Of a DNA stretch of 64,000 bases, positions 35,898 to 49,400 are shown one piece after another (positions within the stretch are counted from its first letter, which is position 1; each line of letters opens with the position of its first letter). The stretch is from Nemertoderma westbladi (Eukaryota; Animalia; Xenacoelomorpha). The position numbers and the translations under genes are program-made. The notes beneath the pieces were generated by a model. The model searched no databases. It saw only the letters and a program-made list of their open reading frames with translations, and was not told where the DNA came from. The stretch lies in the NCBI GenBank assembly GCA_032718475.1, contig JAUCBJ010007358.1, forward strand, positions 1 to 64,000, in the 5' to 3' direction.

Positions 35898-38800
35898 ATG
35901 TCAGATCATTACAGTACTAGTGCTGCATTGAGTTCCTCATGCGATTCGCAATCAGAAGATTTGTGCTGGGACGATGCTGCAATGGAACTCACCCCAGCAG
36001 AAAGGTCCCATTCAGATTCATTAGCAGCATCTCAAACAGAACGTCAAGCTAATGAAATAGAGCAGCAGTGCTCTACAGTGTCTGTATCAGACACACAAAA
36101 TCAACACCAAGACGACCCTAGGAATTTATTCGAAACCAGACAGGCTCCCGACAATACCATGCTTCGAAGGTCTACCCGTCTACCAACCAGGAACTACAGC
36201 TCAGCTGTCAATCATGAGCAACAAGTTGCCATTCGAAGACGATTGGCAGCTTATAAAGGGAGCCTTACTCAACTTTATAAATCTGAACAGCGCCTGAGTC
36301 AGAGTGATTTATATTTAACCCCATTAGCTGTATTTAGAACGCATGTGCATAGCATGGAATTGAGCTGGAAAAATATAGAAAGAAGTTACAAAGCGTTGGT
36401 GACTCTATGTCTTGAAGATGGGGATGATCGATTAGCATTAGATTACGACCAAGATTTACAGATTGCTGAGAACAATTTTTTCCAACACATGCGAATCGCT
36501 GAGGAACTAAATGACCAGGCCCAAATTTCACAGCAATCAAAAATTTTAAATGCAACCGTTTCAGTAACCAACAGGCCTCATATTCCACTTGTCACCACTG
36601 TGGATTCAATAAATGCAGTCCTTCCTGTAACTGCTGATTTGGTCACAGCTGCCCTGGAACAATCTGGAATAAATTTACCCTACGATGGGTTATCCCCAGC
36701 CACAGCTCAATCAGCTGGTACTGTAGTAATAGGAGAACGCCCCAAAGGCCAGAACACCCCCGCTAAAGCCTTATCCTTTATTCATGCAGGTACAGGTGTG
36801 AACGCAAGTACAGATCAACCCGAAACTCAGTTAAATAGAGATGTACATGGGTGGCTTAATTCGAATCACAATAACAGCCAGTCACAAATAAGTATACCCC
36901 TTGAGCCCAAATCTAAGGAATTCCAAAGGATACAAGGTGAGTTCGATACTGCAGTGGCACAAGGAACCATTGAAAAATATTCTTATCGAACTCTAAAGGG
37001 TTTAAGACGAGAAAATGAATTACAAAATGAAATTGTCCCTAATGATTCCGTCTCCAATGTAGGAAGTAGGTATCATAAACGAGCTACTTCAAAGGCATCA
37101 TCCAAGGTGTCACGAGTCACCCAATCTGAAACGGGAAGGTCTAACATTATGGCTGCCCGCAGAGAAGCTGAGCTTCTATCTTTAAAAGCAGAGATGGGGA
37201 AGGAGGCAGAAGAGATGAAACTTCTTGAGCAAAGCAGACTCGATGCTCACCGCGCTGAGCATGAGCATCAAGAGCGAGCATTAAAGGTGAAAGTAAAGTT
37301 ACAGGAAGCTAATGACAATGCAAAATTAGCCAGGGCCAGATTAAAATTATTGGAACGGGATGCTGTATTAAGGGATTTCGCCCAAAATAAATCTGGGGAA
37401 AAAATTCAGGAAACAAAAAATTCGCGAATATCGATAGACCCTGATGTTCCATGTGCCAATGCAAGTATTTCTATTAGTGACAACATTAATGTGATACCGG
37501 TACCTGTTAGTAGTGTTAGTGTTAGTAGAGTGCAAATGGAGCGGAGTGCTGAAGTACCAAATGGACGTATGGGTGGAAGTGGAGTTGGTACACCTGTTCG
37601 TGCGACTGTTGAAGTGTGTAATGCAGCCAGTGGAAAAAGTAATGTACCGAAATTTATGTTAGTGGATAATGGTGTAGCAGGTACTAGTTACATTAGCCCT
37701 AGTTATCAACCCAAAAATGATCCTAATGTTTTAGATAAAATTTCAAAATATCAGCCATCGAATGTTAATGAAAATGAATCAGTTCAGCTTGATAATGATG
37801 CTTCGGTGTCTATCGATGTTCATAATTGCCAAAATAAAGCCACTGCAGTAAACCGAACTGCACCTCACTCTGGGAATGTCAGTACATTCCCCGATACTGT
37901 AGGGAATTCCAAAGATCACTCTATAAAATTGACTGAGCATGAGCTTGAACAGCCCAAAATGGATAACTTAGAGCCGAGATTACACATTCAAGCGAAAGGT
38001 GGGTCAGTGTCTTTGGGCCACACGCAGTCGACACCTGGCCTAAAAGTGAAATCGATTAGAGTGGCACGGTACCATACATCCTACTCAGATGCACCACAGC
38101 ATAACTGTTTTGAATATGTTGATACTCCTGTAAAGCATTCAAACTTTATTGCATCTACAGCAAGGTCATTGAACCCAATTAAACGACCAGTAACTGGAAG
38201 GGCAGCCGAACTTGACACAATTATTGAAGAGAAACAAGATGGCAATGACCAGGAATGTGCTGCATGCTTGCAAGGAGGGCCTCTTGCAGCAGTACACTAC
38301 AACCCACGTGGCACCCCATATCATTTGCAAGCTGGCCCAAATCCAATAGCCATTCCACACCCTGTACCAGTGTTTAAATCTCGTATCCAACCACCATTCC
38401 TACCTCGACCATACGGGAGCAATGGCATAAGAGCAACTCAGGAGCATTCCTTGGTAAAACCCCCTTTAGTGCCTGCTCCCATTTATGTACCTGCAAAGCA
38501 GACTACAGAATTATCAACTGTGCTTAATCCTGCAGCCATCGTCAGCCCAGTGCTGTCTGAGCCAGAACCTATATATATTAGTTGCAATTCACAAAGACAG
38601 GTCACAAACGTTTACTCTCCCGACCAACAACAACCACAGAATATGTTCGAACCCGATGATCACAAGCAGTCAGTTACCATGGCAACACAAACAGAATCTC
38701 ATGGTAGGAAAGCGAGTGGAGAACAAGACAGAAATTACAACAAAGTAATTATTTCCAGTCCTAGAAAGATAACCAAAGTAAGAGAACATGAGGTGGATAC

Positions 38801-41800
38801 AGATATGCCTGACGAACCTGAACATTCAAGTTCCAGAAGCAATGAAATATGTGACAGTAGGGTAAGAGGTCGGCTAATTTCTAAGGCTGATACTATTTTA
38901 GCTCAGATTCTGGGTACACACAACGATTCGAACTCTAATTCAATCCTTGGCACTGGCGCAGTTACAAATAATATAGGACAGTCAACAACTACAGAATCAG
39001 TTTGGAAAAATGTTGTTATGCGTTTAACATTGCCACCACAAATTCCAGAACCATTCACTGGTAATCCTATTGAGTTTGTCAGCTTCATTCAAACCTTTTA
39101 TGACAGAGTTCATGTCCATGACATTACAGACTCTGAAAGACTTAATTACCTGTTACAATATACCCGTGGAACACCACATACTGCTATTCGGAAGGTGAAA
39201 GGGCTGCAGTCTGGATATGCTAAAGCCTTGGAAATACTAAATGACCGTTATGGAAATTCATTACAAATAGTTGATAAGACAATATCCCAACTCGTTGATA
39301 TCTCTCGCCTGGGTGATAATGATATCATTGGATTGAGAGAATTGGCTGATAACCTCATGCAAGCAACACAGTTATTGGAACAAATGGGACGGTCTAATGA
39401 AATGAATAGTGTAGAGCATATGAAAAGAATAATAAGTGTCTGCCCCACTCATGTGCAGTATAAATGGCAAAAACGTGTTCATGAATTAAAAATGATCCAT
39501 AAGAGACAACCAACTTTCAATGATGTAGTACAGCATATTGAATGGTCAGCAGGAGTGTCCTGTAACTCAGTATTTAAAGTCAATAGAAAGGCTATCGAAG
39601 ATTCCACATCATCATCTCAAGGATATGGCAAGGGCCAGAACAAGGATCGGGGAGGCAATAATAAAACAACATTTCGTCCACCAAATGATGGATCACAACA
39701 CAATTCCTTTGAGAATTTGCCAGGGAGGCTGGGATTTCCACAACATCCCCGTGCAACCATGTTACTCACTGATACCCATTACGGAAATACCAATCAACAA
39801 CCCTATGGAGTAAATCAAGGCTACACCCATATGTCAGAAAATGGACCATATCCTTTGCATCATGTTGCACCACCACCTTTATCAAATCCAGACTATCGAC
39901 ATCAGCCACTGACGGCACGATTTCAATCTCCAATGCAACTACAACAAACCTATCGTAAACCTGTATTAAACCCAAATAAACAGCAACAACCCAATAAGAA
40001 TCATACAAATCCAACAGGTCCATCTATAGTCAGACCTTTCAAGGAGGCAGCATACAAGTGCATTTACTGTGGTGGAATTGGTCACCGAATATATTCATGT
40101 GGATCCTTCATGAAACTGAACCTAGGGGAAAGGCAGAAACATGTTGAAAGCAACAATTGGTGCACTAATTGTCTAGGAATGCACCTCACAGAAAAATGTC
40201 AGTCGAAAGCAACATGCACAAAATGTGGTAGAAACCACCATACTCTACTCCACCCACTGAGCAGTACACCAGCTCATCAATCAATGCATCCTAAGCCACG
40301 GGAAGGTGAAATTGGTCTTCTTGTAAATACAGAATATCTGGGAGCTATGGTACCAGTTATTCCTGTACTGATTAAGTTTATGGATAGAATTCCTATCACT
40401 ACCTTCGCCATATTGGATGGAGGATCTACCACCTGTTTCTTGGATAAAGGAGTAGTGGATTTGATGAACATTCCATCAGAAAAAAGGTTCATAAAAGTAA
40501 ATACATTATTAGAAAATGGTGTTCTTGTCGAAATAGCTAGAACTCAGTGTACAATAAGCGCTATGCTACCGGGATATCATGGGGAACTAGTTATGAACAA
40601 TATGAATGTTCACGAAAGCATGCACTTTGACACACAATTACCTGACTCAAGGATGATTGATTGGCCCCATTTTTATAACATTAGAGATAAATTAGACTAC
40701 CCACCTGTCGATGTTCATAAGATTTCTGTGATTTTGGGAAGCAATGTACCAGCAGCACACATACGGACTGCACAGTGCTGGGGGAGTGATGTGAATAAAC
40801 AACCCTTTGCGATAGAAGGCATATTTGGATGGTGTGTGACTGGTCCTAGACTTTGCTATATAGAGGAGTCAATGCAAGCCTGTGTGGGGGAAGTGATGGA
40901 CAACCCTTCACTAATAGAAACATTGAACAAACCAATATACGATCCAATAAATTATCCAATAAGTACCGATCCTGATAATGATCTTTACACACAGTTGGCA
41001 CACTTTTGGAGCCAAGAGGGACAAGGCTTTACAACACCTGAAGGTAAGGTGTACAAAACTGAAAGTGATAAGAGAGCTATAAATCTCCTAGAGAAGGCCG
41101 TACTTTTGCCAACTGGGCATTACCAGGTACCACTGTTATTCAAACATGAAGACCGACAGTTAATAAATAACAAACCACTCGCTATTGCAAGATTGAAAAG
41201 TCTGACAAAAAGATTTGCCACAAACCCAGGAAGAGAGAACGAGTACAGAGAAATTTTGGAGGATTATATAGCAAAAGGTTATGCTAGAAAGTTAGAGACT
41301 GAGGAGCTTGCAGATGATCATAATGCATATTATCTCCCTCATCACTATGTAGTAAATCCAAATAAAGATAAGATTCGAATTGTGTTCGATGCAGCTGCAA
41401 CATACAAAGGAATGTCTTTGAACTCACAACTTCTGGAAGGACCAAATGCTACCAACGACCTATTAGGCGTACTGATGAGATTTAGGCAGGATAAAATTGC
41501 ATTTTCCTGTGACATTGAATGTATGTTCTATCAAGTAAACACGACTGAAGAAGATTCTAATAGCCTAAGATTCTTATGGTATGACAAGGATTCAAAGAAA
41601 CGCGATCCTGATGTATACAAAATGGTTGTTCAGATATTTGGAGCACGTTCATCCCCATGTTCCGCCTGCTCAATGGTGCGAAAGACCGCGAAAGATAATA
41701 TTCAAGACTTCTCCCCACAAGTAATAAAGACTATACTTAGTGGTTTCTATGTCGATGATGGGATGAAATCGACTGGATCAGTTAATGAAGCTTATGAGAT

Positions 41801-41867
41801 CGCAACTGGTTTAATCGAATGCTTGAAGAAAGGTGGTTTTAATCTAACAAAATTTAAAAGCAATTAG
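35898..41867 (+). pseudogene. Bel/Pao gag-protease-RT polyprotein portion (1989 aa to premature stop)
   Basis: Gag core (FTGNPIEF..RLNYLLQY), three Cys/His knuckles (CIYCGGIGH..C, CTNCLGMH..C, CTKCGRNHHTLLH), protease AILDGGS, RT YYLPHH..RIVFDAAA..FYVDD. Confidence 0.92.
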
Positions 41868-44670
41868 CGGGAACTTCTTGATAAGCTTCCACAAACGAAG
41901 AGAGCTGACCCAAACCTAGACCTTGACCTCGACAAACTCCCTACAACCCGGGCATTAGGTGTTAAGTGGGACACGGAGGCAGATACCTTCAGTATTAAAG
42001 TCAGCCCAAGAAAGTTTCCAACTACAAAACGGAATTGTTTATCTAGTTTGGCATCTATTTATGACAAATTAGGATTAGTTGCTCCTGTATTACTTATCGG
42101 CAAGAGATTTATGCGGGAGTTGTCCATATCAACCCCTAGCTGGGATACCCAATTGGATGTTGAGTTTCTTACACGTTGGAACGAATGGAGTCGCCAGTTG
42201 GACTGTTTGAACGAACTCTCATTACCCCGTGCTTATTTTTCGAATCGCTTGAGTTCAGATCGCATAGAACTCCATATATTTTGTGATGCCTGTGAGACTG
42301 GATTAGGAGCTGTTGCATACCTGCGTCAACTTAGGAGAGCTTTGACAGAAGAAACACCAAATACCATTATCAATGAAAGTTGCAAACAACCGCAATATGA
42401 AGTATCGACAGCATTTGTACTGGCAAAAACCAGAACTGCGCGAAAGAAGTTTGTTTCTATACCCCGAAAGGAGTTGCAATCTTGTGTTCTTGCCACTAGA
42501 ATGTCAATCATAATACATGATGAAGTAGAACTATTTATAAATGCGACACATTTTTGGAGTGATTCCAGAACGTCGTTACAATACATAGCAAACCAGGATA
42601 AAAGGTACCCAACCTACATAATTAATAGAGTCGGTGAAATCGTCAAGAGTACTAATCCAAATCAATGGCATCATGTGAAGGGAATAGACAATGTAGCTGA
42701 CATGGCCAGTCGTGGGGCGTTCCCACTAGACTTCATTGATAAGTTTGACCTATGGTCAAAAGGACCCCAATTCTTACAAACTGATGAACTAGAATGGCCA
42801 AATGCTACTCAGCAATATACTGGTAAGGACTTGGATCCTACTGCTGAAATAAAATCTAAACGCAAAGTTAATGACATGGGCCCACGAGACGATATAGAAC
42901 CTATCCCTACTAGTTCGATAGACTATGCACAATTACATTCAATTGATGTGATGATAACAATCGAAACACCTACAAATACCACAAATCTGTTACTAGACAA
43001 GCTGCTTTCATATTATGGAGATTGGATTCCTTTGATTAGAACTGTTGCTTGGTTGGTGCGTTTTAAAATGTGGTATATTCGCTCATTTCGCTTAAGACGT
43101 AGTCTTAAGCAAAGGTTAATACCAAAGAAGAAGATTAAGGTACTACCGAAATCATTATGTTCTAATGCAAAGTCAGTCAATGATAAAGAAGGAACAGTGA
43201 AGCCTGTGAACAAACCCAAGAAAAAACAAACGATACAAGTTGTGAAACGCGATGTGTTAAACTCTCTGCCAAAACCAGCACCAAAATCACAGTATCCTCT
43301 AACATTAGCCGAGGTGCAGGATGCACGTGTCCTTGTATTGAAATATTCACAACAAAAGACATATCCAACTTAACTAGCAAGTTTGAAAGTGAACAAACCC
43401 ATACACAGAAACAGCAACATATTTAAGTTATGTCCCTTTCTAGGAGAGGATGGCCTAATACGTATGAACAGCCGATTGGTGAAGACACCAACAAACCCTG
43501 ATATGGCACAACCCATAATCCTATCCTCCAGTTGCCCAGTGACCAGGTTGATAGTGAGGTATACACATTCAGAGAACATGCACACAGGCAGAGATCATAC
43601 TTTGGCGATAGTAAGACAAATTTATTGGATTGTGGGGGGACCTGCAAAGCTCGCAACCCAACGCCACTTAACCAAATAATGGCACCTCTACCCATCGATC
43701 GCATTACAGCATTTGAACCCTGCTTTACCTACACTGGTGTTGATTATTGGGGATTTATGCTTGTACAACAGGGCAGAAGATCTGTGAAGATGTGGGGCGT
43801 AATTTTTACTTGCCTAGTCTCTCGAGCCGTTGCACTAGACTTAGCGGAAGATCTATCTGCAAGCACATTCATAAACTGCTTCCGTAGATTTGTCTGCCAA
43901 TATGGAAATGTAAAACTACTCAGATCCGACAATGGAACAAATTTCGTCGGAGCCGAAACCGAATTATCTGACGCAATCGACCACTGGGACGTTTCACGAA
44001 TTCAACACAACTTAGGCCCTCAAACGAAATTTGAGTTCCAAGTACCTTATGCACCTCACACATCTGGAGTTTGGGAACGATTGAATCGGCCTGCTAAGGA
44101 CGCTTTACGTGTTGCCCTAGGAAACAAGCTAGTCACCGAAGGCGTAGTGAGAACAGCACTCGCTGAGGCAGCAAGAATTATGAACTCAAGACCGCTCTGT
44201 AAAGTAACAGATGATCCGACTGCCGACCAGGTACTGACACCAAACGACTTGTTATTACGTAAGATAGTTTCACCTTGCCCTGGGGTATATGAGGAGGGTG
44301 ATATATATTGTCGAAAGACCTGGAAGCAGGCACAGGCATTGACTGAAATATTCTGGGATAGATGGCTTCTAGAATACTTACCGCTGTTGCGAGAAAGACA
44401 AAAGTGGTTCACTAAGAAAAGAAACCTACAACCAGGCGACCTTGTACTTCAAATGACAGACACAAAGAATAGACGAACGTGGATCACCGGGGTGATAGAC
44501 TCTGTAAATCTAGGATCCGACGGTTGTGTTAGATCAGCACAAGTTAGGTGTGGCGGCACAATCTACTCTAGACATGTCACAAAGCTATGCTTGCTCGAGG
44601 CGACAATTACAGAGGAAGAAACTGACGCAAAACGAGCAAATGAGGACTCAGCAGATTCGTCTGTAAATTC
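41868..44670 (+). pseudogene. Bel/Pao RNase H and integrase portion (broken)
   Basis: In frame after the stop: RALGVKWD..LHIFCDA..SIPRKEL..FWSDS..NVADMASRG. Integrase: TGVDYWG..SDNGTNF..GVWERL..NSRPL..FWDRWLLEYLPLL. Confidence 0.9.
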
Positions 44671-46040
44671 GACTCCCCAATACTTACTAGACATTGTTAG
44701 AGACCCCGACCCAACCAGACTCCCCAATACTTACTAGACATTGTTAGAGACCCCGACCCAACCAGACTCCCCAATACTTACTAGACATTGTTAGAGACCC
44801 CGACCCACCCAGACTCCCCAATACTTACTAGACATTGTTAGAGACCCCGACCCAACCAGACTCCCCAATACTTACTAGACATTGTTAGAGACCCCGACCC
44901 AACCAGACTCCCCAATACTTACTAGACATTGTTAGAGACCCCGACCCACCCAGACTCCCCAATACTTACTAGACATTGTTAGAGACCCCGACCCAACCAG
45001 ACTCCCCAATACTTACTAGACATTGTTAGAGACCCCGACCCACCCAGACTCCCCAATACTTACTAGACATTGTTAGAGACCCCGACCCAACCAGACTCCC
45101 CAATACTTACTAGACATTGTTAGAGACCCCGACCCAACCAGACTCCCCAATACTTACTAGACATTGTTAGAGACCCCGACCCAACCAGACTCCCCAATAC
45201 TTACTAGACATTGTTAGAGACCTCGACCCAACCAGACTCCCCAATACTTACTAGACATTGTTAGAGACCCCGACCCAACCAGACTCCCCAATACTTACTA
45301 GACATTGTTAGAGACCCCGACCCACCCAGACTCCCCAATACTTACTAGACATTGTTAGAGACCCCGACCCAACCAGACTCCCCAATACTTACTAGACATT
45401 GTTAGAGACCCCGACCCACCCAGACTCCCCAATACTTACTAGACATTGTTAGAGACCCCGACCCAACCAGACTCCCCAATACTTACTAGACATTGTTAGA
45501 GACCCCGACCCAACCAGACTCCCCAATACTTACTAGACATTGTTAGAGACCCCGACCCAACCAGACTCCCCAATACTTACTAGACATTGTTAGAGACCCC
45601 GACCCAACCAGACTCCCCAATACTTACTAGACATTGTTAGAGACCCCGACCCAACCAGACTCCCCAATACTTACTAGACATTGTTAGAGACCCCGACCCA
45701 ACCAGACTCCCCAATACTTACTAGACATTGTTAGAGACCCCGACCCAACCAGACTCCCCAATACTTACTAGACATTGTTAGAGACCCCGACCCAACCAGA
45801 CTCCCCAATACTTACTAGACATTGTTAGAGACCTCGACCCAACCAGACTCCCCAATACTTACTAGACATTGTTAGAGACCCCGACCCACCCAGACTCCCC
45901 AATACTTACTAGACATTGTTAGAGACCCCGACCCAACCAGACTCCCCAATACTTACTAGACATTGTTAGAGACTCCGATCCAGCTAGACTCCCCAATACT
46001 TACTAGACATTGTTAGAGACTCCGATCCAGCTAGACTCCC
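44671..46040. repeat. 47-bp minisatellite (~29 copies) made of the exon 4 3' end plus its donor site
   Basis: Unit ctccccaatacttactagacattgttagagaccccgacccaaccaga; minus strand reads ..GTCTCTAACAATGTCTA|GTAAGTATTGGGGAG. Confidence 0.97.
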
Positions 46041-46415
46041 TTGTATGCGGCCACCAAAAGCGTCTCGCCCCCTTCTCGCTGCTTCGCACGTCATATTTGG
46101 GTGCCAGAATTGTTTGCAATGGTAACAGAAGCAGGTGTCGCACCCCGGACGTCCACACACAATGCGGGGACAACTGGCGCATCCGGTTGCGATAACAGCG
46201 TAACCGCAATCGGGTGTGGGGCACCATCGGCAGTCCGGGTCCGTAGCCAGAAGTCGACGGAGGGTGAACTCCTCGTACTTAAGGAATACCGAGGAGGAAT
46301 CCACGCCGAGGATCGCCTTTATATCGTTGGGATGGAGACGTTCCGAGCATTCCGGACAGCTGATGTTGGTACGGCTCTCCGAGATCTCGATACGGATGTA
46401 TTGCTGGATACAGTC
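46004..46415 (-). CDS. RNF19A: RNF19-like exon 4 (end of RING1 plus IBR)
   Basis: ctttag|GAC...TCTA|gtaagt. Encodes [85 protein letters not shown]. Confidence 0.97.
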
Positions 46416-49400
46416 CTAAAGGGGGGGGGGGGGGGGGGGGTGTAAATGGAAGGATACAGTCCGAAATGGGGGATTCCCGATTGTAAATGGAAGGGTACAA
46501 TCCTAAAGGTGGGAGTGTAAATTAAAGGATGCAGCCCTAAAGGGGGGGGGGGGGGAGTGTAAATGGAAGGATACAGTCCTAAAGGGGGGAGTGTAAATGG
46601 AAGGATACAGTCCTAAAGGGGGGGGGGGGGGGAGTGTGAATGGAAGGATACAGTCCTAAATAGGGGAGTGTAAATGGAAGGATACAGTCCTAAGGGGGGG
46701 GGGGGTAAATTGAAGGATACAGTCCTAAATAGGGGAGTGTAAATGGAAGGATACAGTCCTAAAGGAGGGAGTGTAAATGGAAGGATACAGTCCTAAATAG
46801 GGGAGTGTAAATGGAAGGATACAGTCCTAAATAGGGGAGTGTAAATGGAAGGATACAGTCCTAAAGGTGGGAGTGTAAATGGAAGGATACAGTCCTAAAG
46901 GGTGGGGGGGGGGGGAGTGTAAATGGAAGGATACAGTCCTAAATAGGGGAGTGTAAATGGAAGGATACATTCCTAAATGGGGGAGTGTAAATGGAAGGAT
47001 ACAGTCCTAAATAGGGGAGTGTAAATGGAAGGATACAGTCCTAAATAGGGGAGTGTAAATGGAAGGATACAGTCCTAAAGGAGGGAGTGTAAATGGAAGG
47101 ATACAGTCCTAAATAGGGGAGTGTAAATGGAAGGATACAGTCCTAAATAGGGGAGTGTAAATGGAAGGATACAGTCCTAAAGGAGGGAGTGTAAATGGAA
47201 GGATACAGTCCTAAATAGGGGAGTGTAAATGGAAGGATACAGTCCTAAATAGGGGAGTGTAAATGGAAGGATACAGTCCTAAATAGGGGAGTGTAAATGG
47301 AAGGATACAGTCCTAAATAGGGGAGTGTAAATGGAAGGATACAGTCCTAAATAGGGGAGTGTAAATGGAAGGATACAGTCCTAAATAGGGGAGTGTAAAT
47401 GGAAGGATACAGTCCTAAAGATGGGAGTGTAAACGAAAGGATGCAGCCTTAAAAGGGGGGAGGGGGGGGGGGGGGTGTAAATGGAAGGATACAGTCCTAA
47501 AGGTGGGAGTGTAAATGGAAGGATACAGTCCTAAAGGTGGGAGTGTAAATGGAAGGATACAGTCCTAAATAGGGGAGTGTAAATGGAAGGATACAGTCCT
47601 AAAGGAGGGAGTGTAAATGGAAGGATACAGTCCTAAATAGGGGAGTGTAAATGGAAGGATACAGTCCTAAAGATGGGAGTGTAAACGAAAGGATGCAGCC
47701 TTAAAAGGGGGGAGGGGGGGGGGGGGTGTAAATGGAAGGATACATTCCTAAAGGAGGGAGTGTAAATGGAAGGATACAATCCGAAATGGGTGATTGTAAA
47801 TGGAAGGATACAGTCCTAAAGGTGGGAGTGTAAACGAAAGGATGCAGCCTTAAAGGGGGGGGGGGGGGGGGGGGGTGTAAATGGAAGGATACATTCCTAA
47901 AGGAGGGAGTGTAAATGGAAGGATACAGTCCTAAATAGGGGAGTGTAAATGGAAGGATACAGTCCTAAATAGGGGAGTGTAAATGGAAGGATACAGTCCT
48001 AAATAGGGGAGTGTAAATGGAAGGATACAGTCCTAAAGATGGGAGTGTAAACGAAAGGATGCAGCCTTAAAAGGGGGGAGGGGGGGGGGGGGGTGTAAAT
48101 GGAAGGATACAGTCCTAAAGGAGGGAGTGTAAATGGAAGGATACAGTCCTAAATAGGGGAGTGTAAATGGAAGGATACAGTCCTAAATAGGGGAGTGTAA
48201 ATGGAAGGATACAGTCCTAAATAGGGGAGTGTAAATGGAAGGATACAGTCCTAAAGGGGGATAGTAAATGGAAGGATACCCGATACAGTCCTAAAGGGGG
48301 GAGTGTAAATGGAAGGATACAGTCCTAAATAGGGGAGTGTAAATGGAAGGATACAGTCCTAAAGGAGGGAGTGTAAATGGAAGGATACAGTCCTAAATAG
48401 GGGAGTGTAAATGGAAGGATACAGTCCTAAATAGGGGAGTGTAAATGGAAGGATACAGTCCTAAATAGGGGAGTGTAAATGGAAGGATACAGTGGAAGGA
48501 TACAGTCCGAAATGGGGGGATTGTAAATGGAAGGATACAGTCCTAAAGGAGGGAGTGTAAATGGAAGGATACAGTCCTAAATAGGGGAGTGTAAATGGAA
48601 GGATACAGTCCTAAAGATGGGAGTGTAAACGAAAGGATGCAGCCTTAAAAGGGGGGAGGGGGGGGGGGTGTAAATGGAAGGATACATTCCTAAAGGAGGG
48701 AGTGTAAATGGAAGGATACAATCCGAAATGGGTGATTGTAAATGGAAGGATACAGTCCTAAAGGTGGGAGTGTAAACGAAAGGATGCAGCCTTAAAGGGG
48801 GGGGGGGGGGGGGGGGTGTAAATGGAAGGATACATTCCTAAAGGAGGGAGTGTAAATGTAGGGGGTGTAAATGGAAGGATACAGTCCTAAAGATGGGAGT
48901 GTAAACGAAAGGATGCAGCCTTAAAAGGGGGGAGGGGGGGGGGGGTGTAAATGGAAGGATACAGTCCTAAAGGAGGGAGTGTAAATGGAAGGATACAGTC
49001 CTAAATAGGGGAGTGTAAATGGAAGGATACAGTCCTAAATAGGGGAGTGTAAATGGAAGGATACAGTCCTAAATAGGGGAGTGTAAATGGAAGGATACAG
49101 TCCTAAAGGGGGATAGTAAATGGAAGGATACAGTCCTAAAGGGGGGAGTGTAAATGGAAGGATACAGTCCTAAATAGGGGAGTGTAAATGGAAGGATACA
49201 GTCCTAAAGGGGGGGGGAGTGTAAATGGAAGGATACAGTCCTAAATAGGGGAGTGTAAATGGAAGGATACATTCCTAAAGGAGGGAGGGTAAATGGAAGG
49301 ATACAGTCCTAAAGATGGGAGTGTAAATGGAAGGATACAGTCCTAAATAGGGGAGTGTAAATGGAAGGATACATTCCTAAAGGAGGGAGTGTAAATGGAA

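Larger units (their letters stand above)
34497..44670 (+). mobile_element. Bel/Pao LTR retrotransposon: near-complete internal region, inactivated, 3' LTR absent; 5' boundary uncertain
   Basis: Domain order gag-PR-RT-RH-IN. In-frame stops at 41865-67 and 43371-73 and a deletion/frameshift near 43640. The element ends abruptly in the 47-bp array. Confidence 0.9.

Noticed and set aside
41865-41867. Programmed stop-codon readthrough in the Bel/Pao polyprotein
   Set aside because: The stop lies within the RT region, and the element has a second stop and an integrase deletion, so decay is the simpler explanation.
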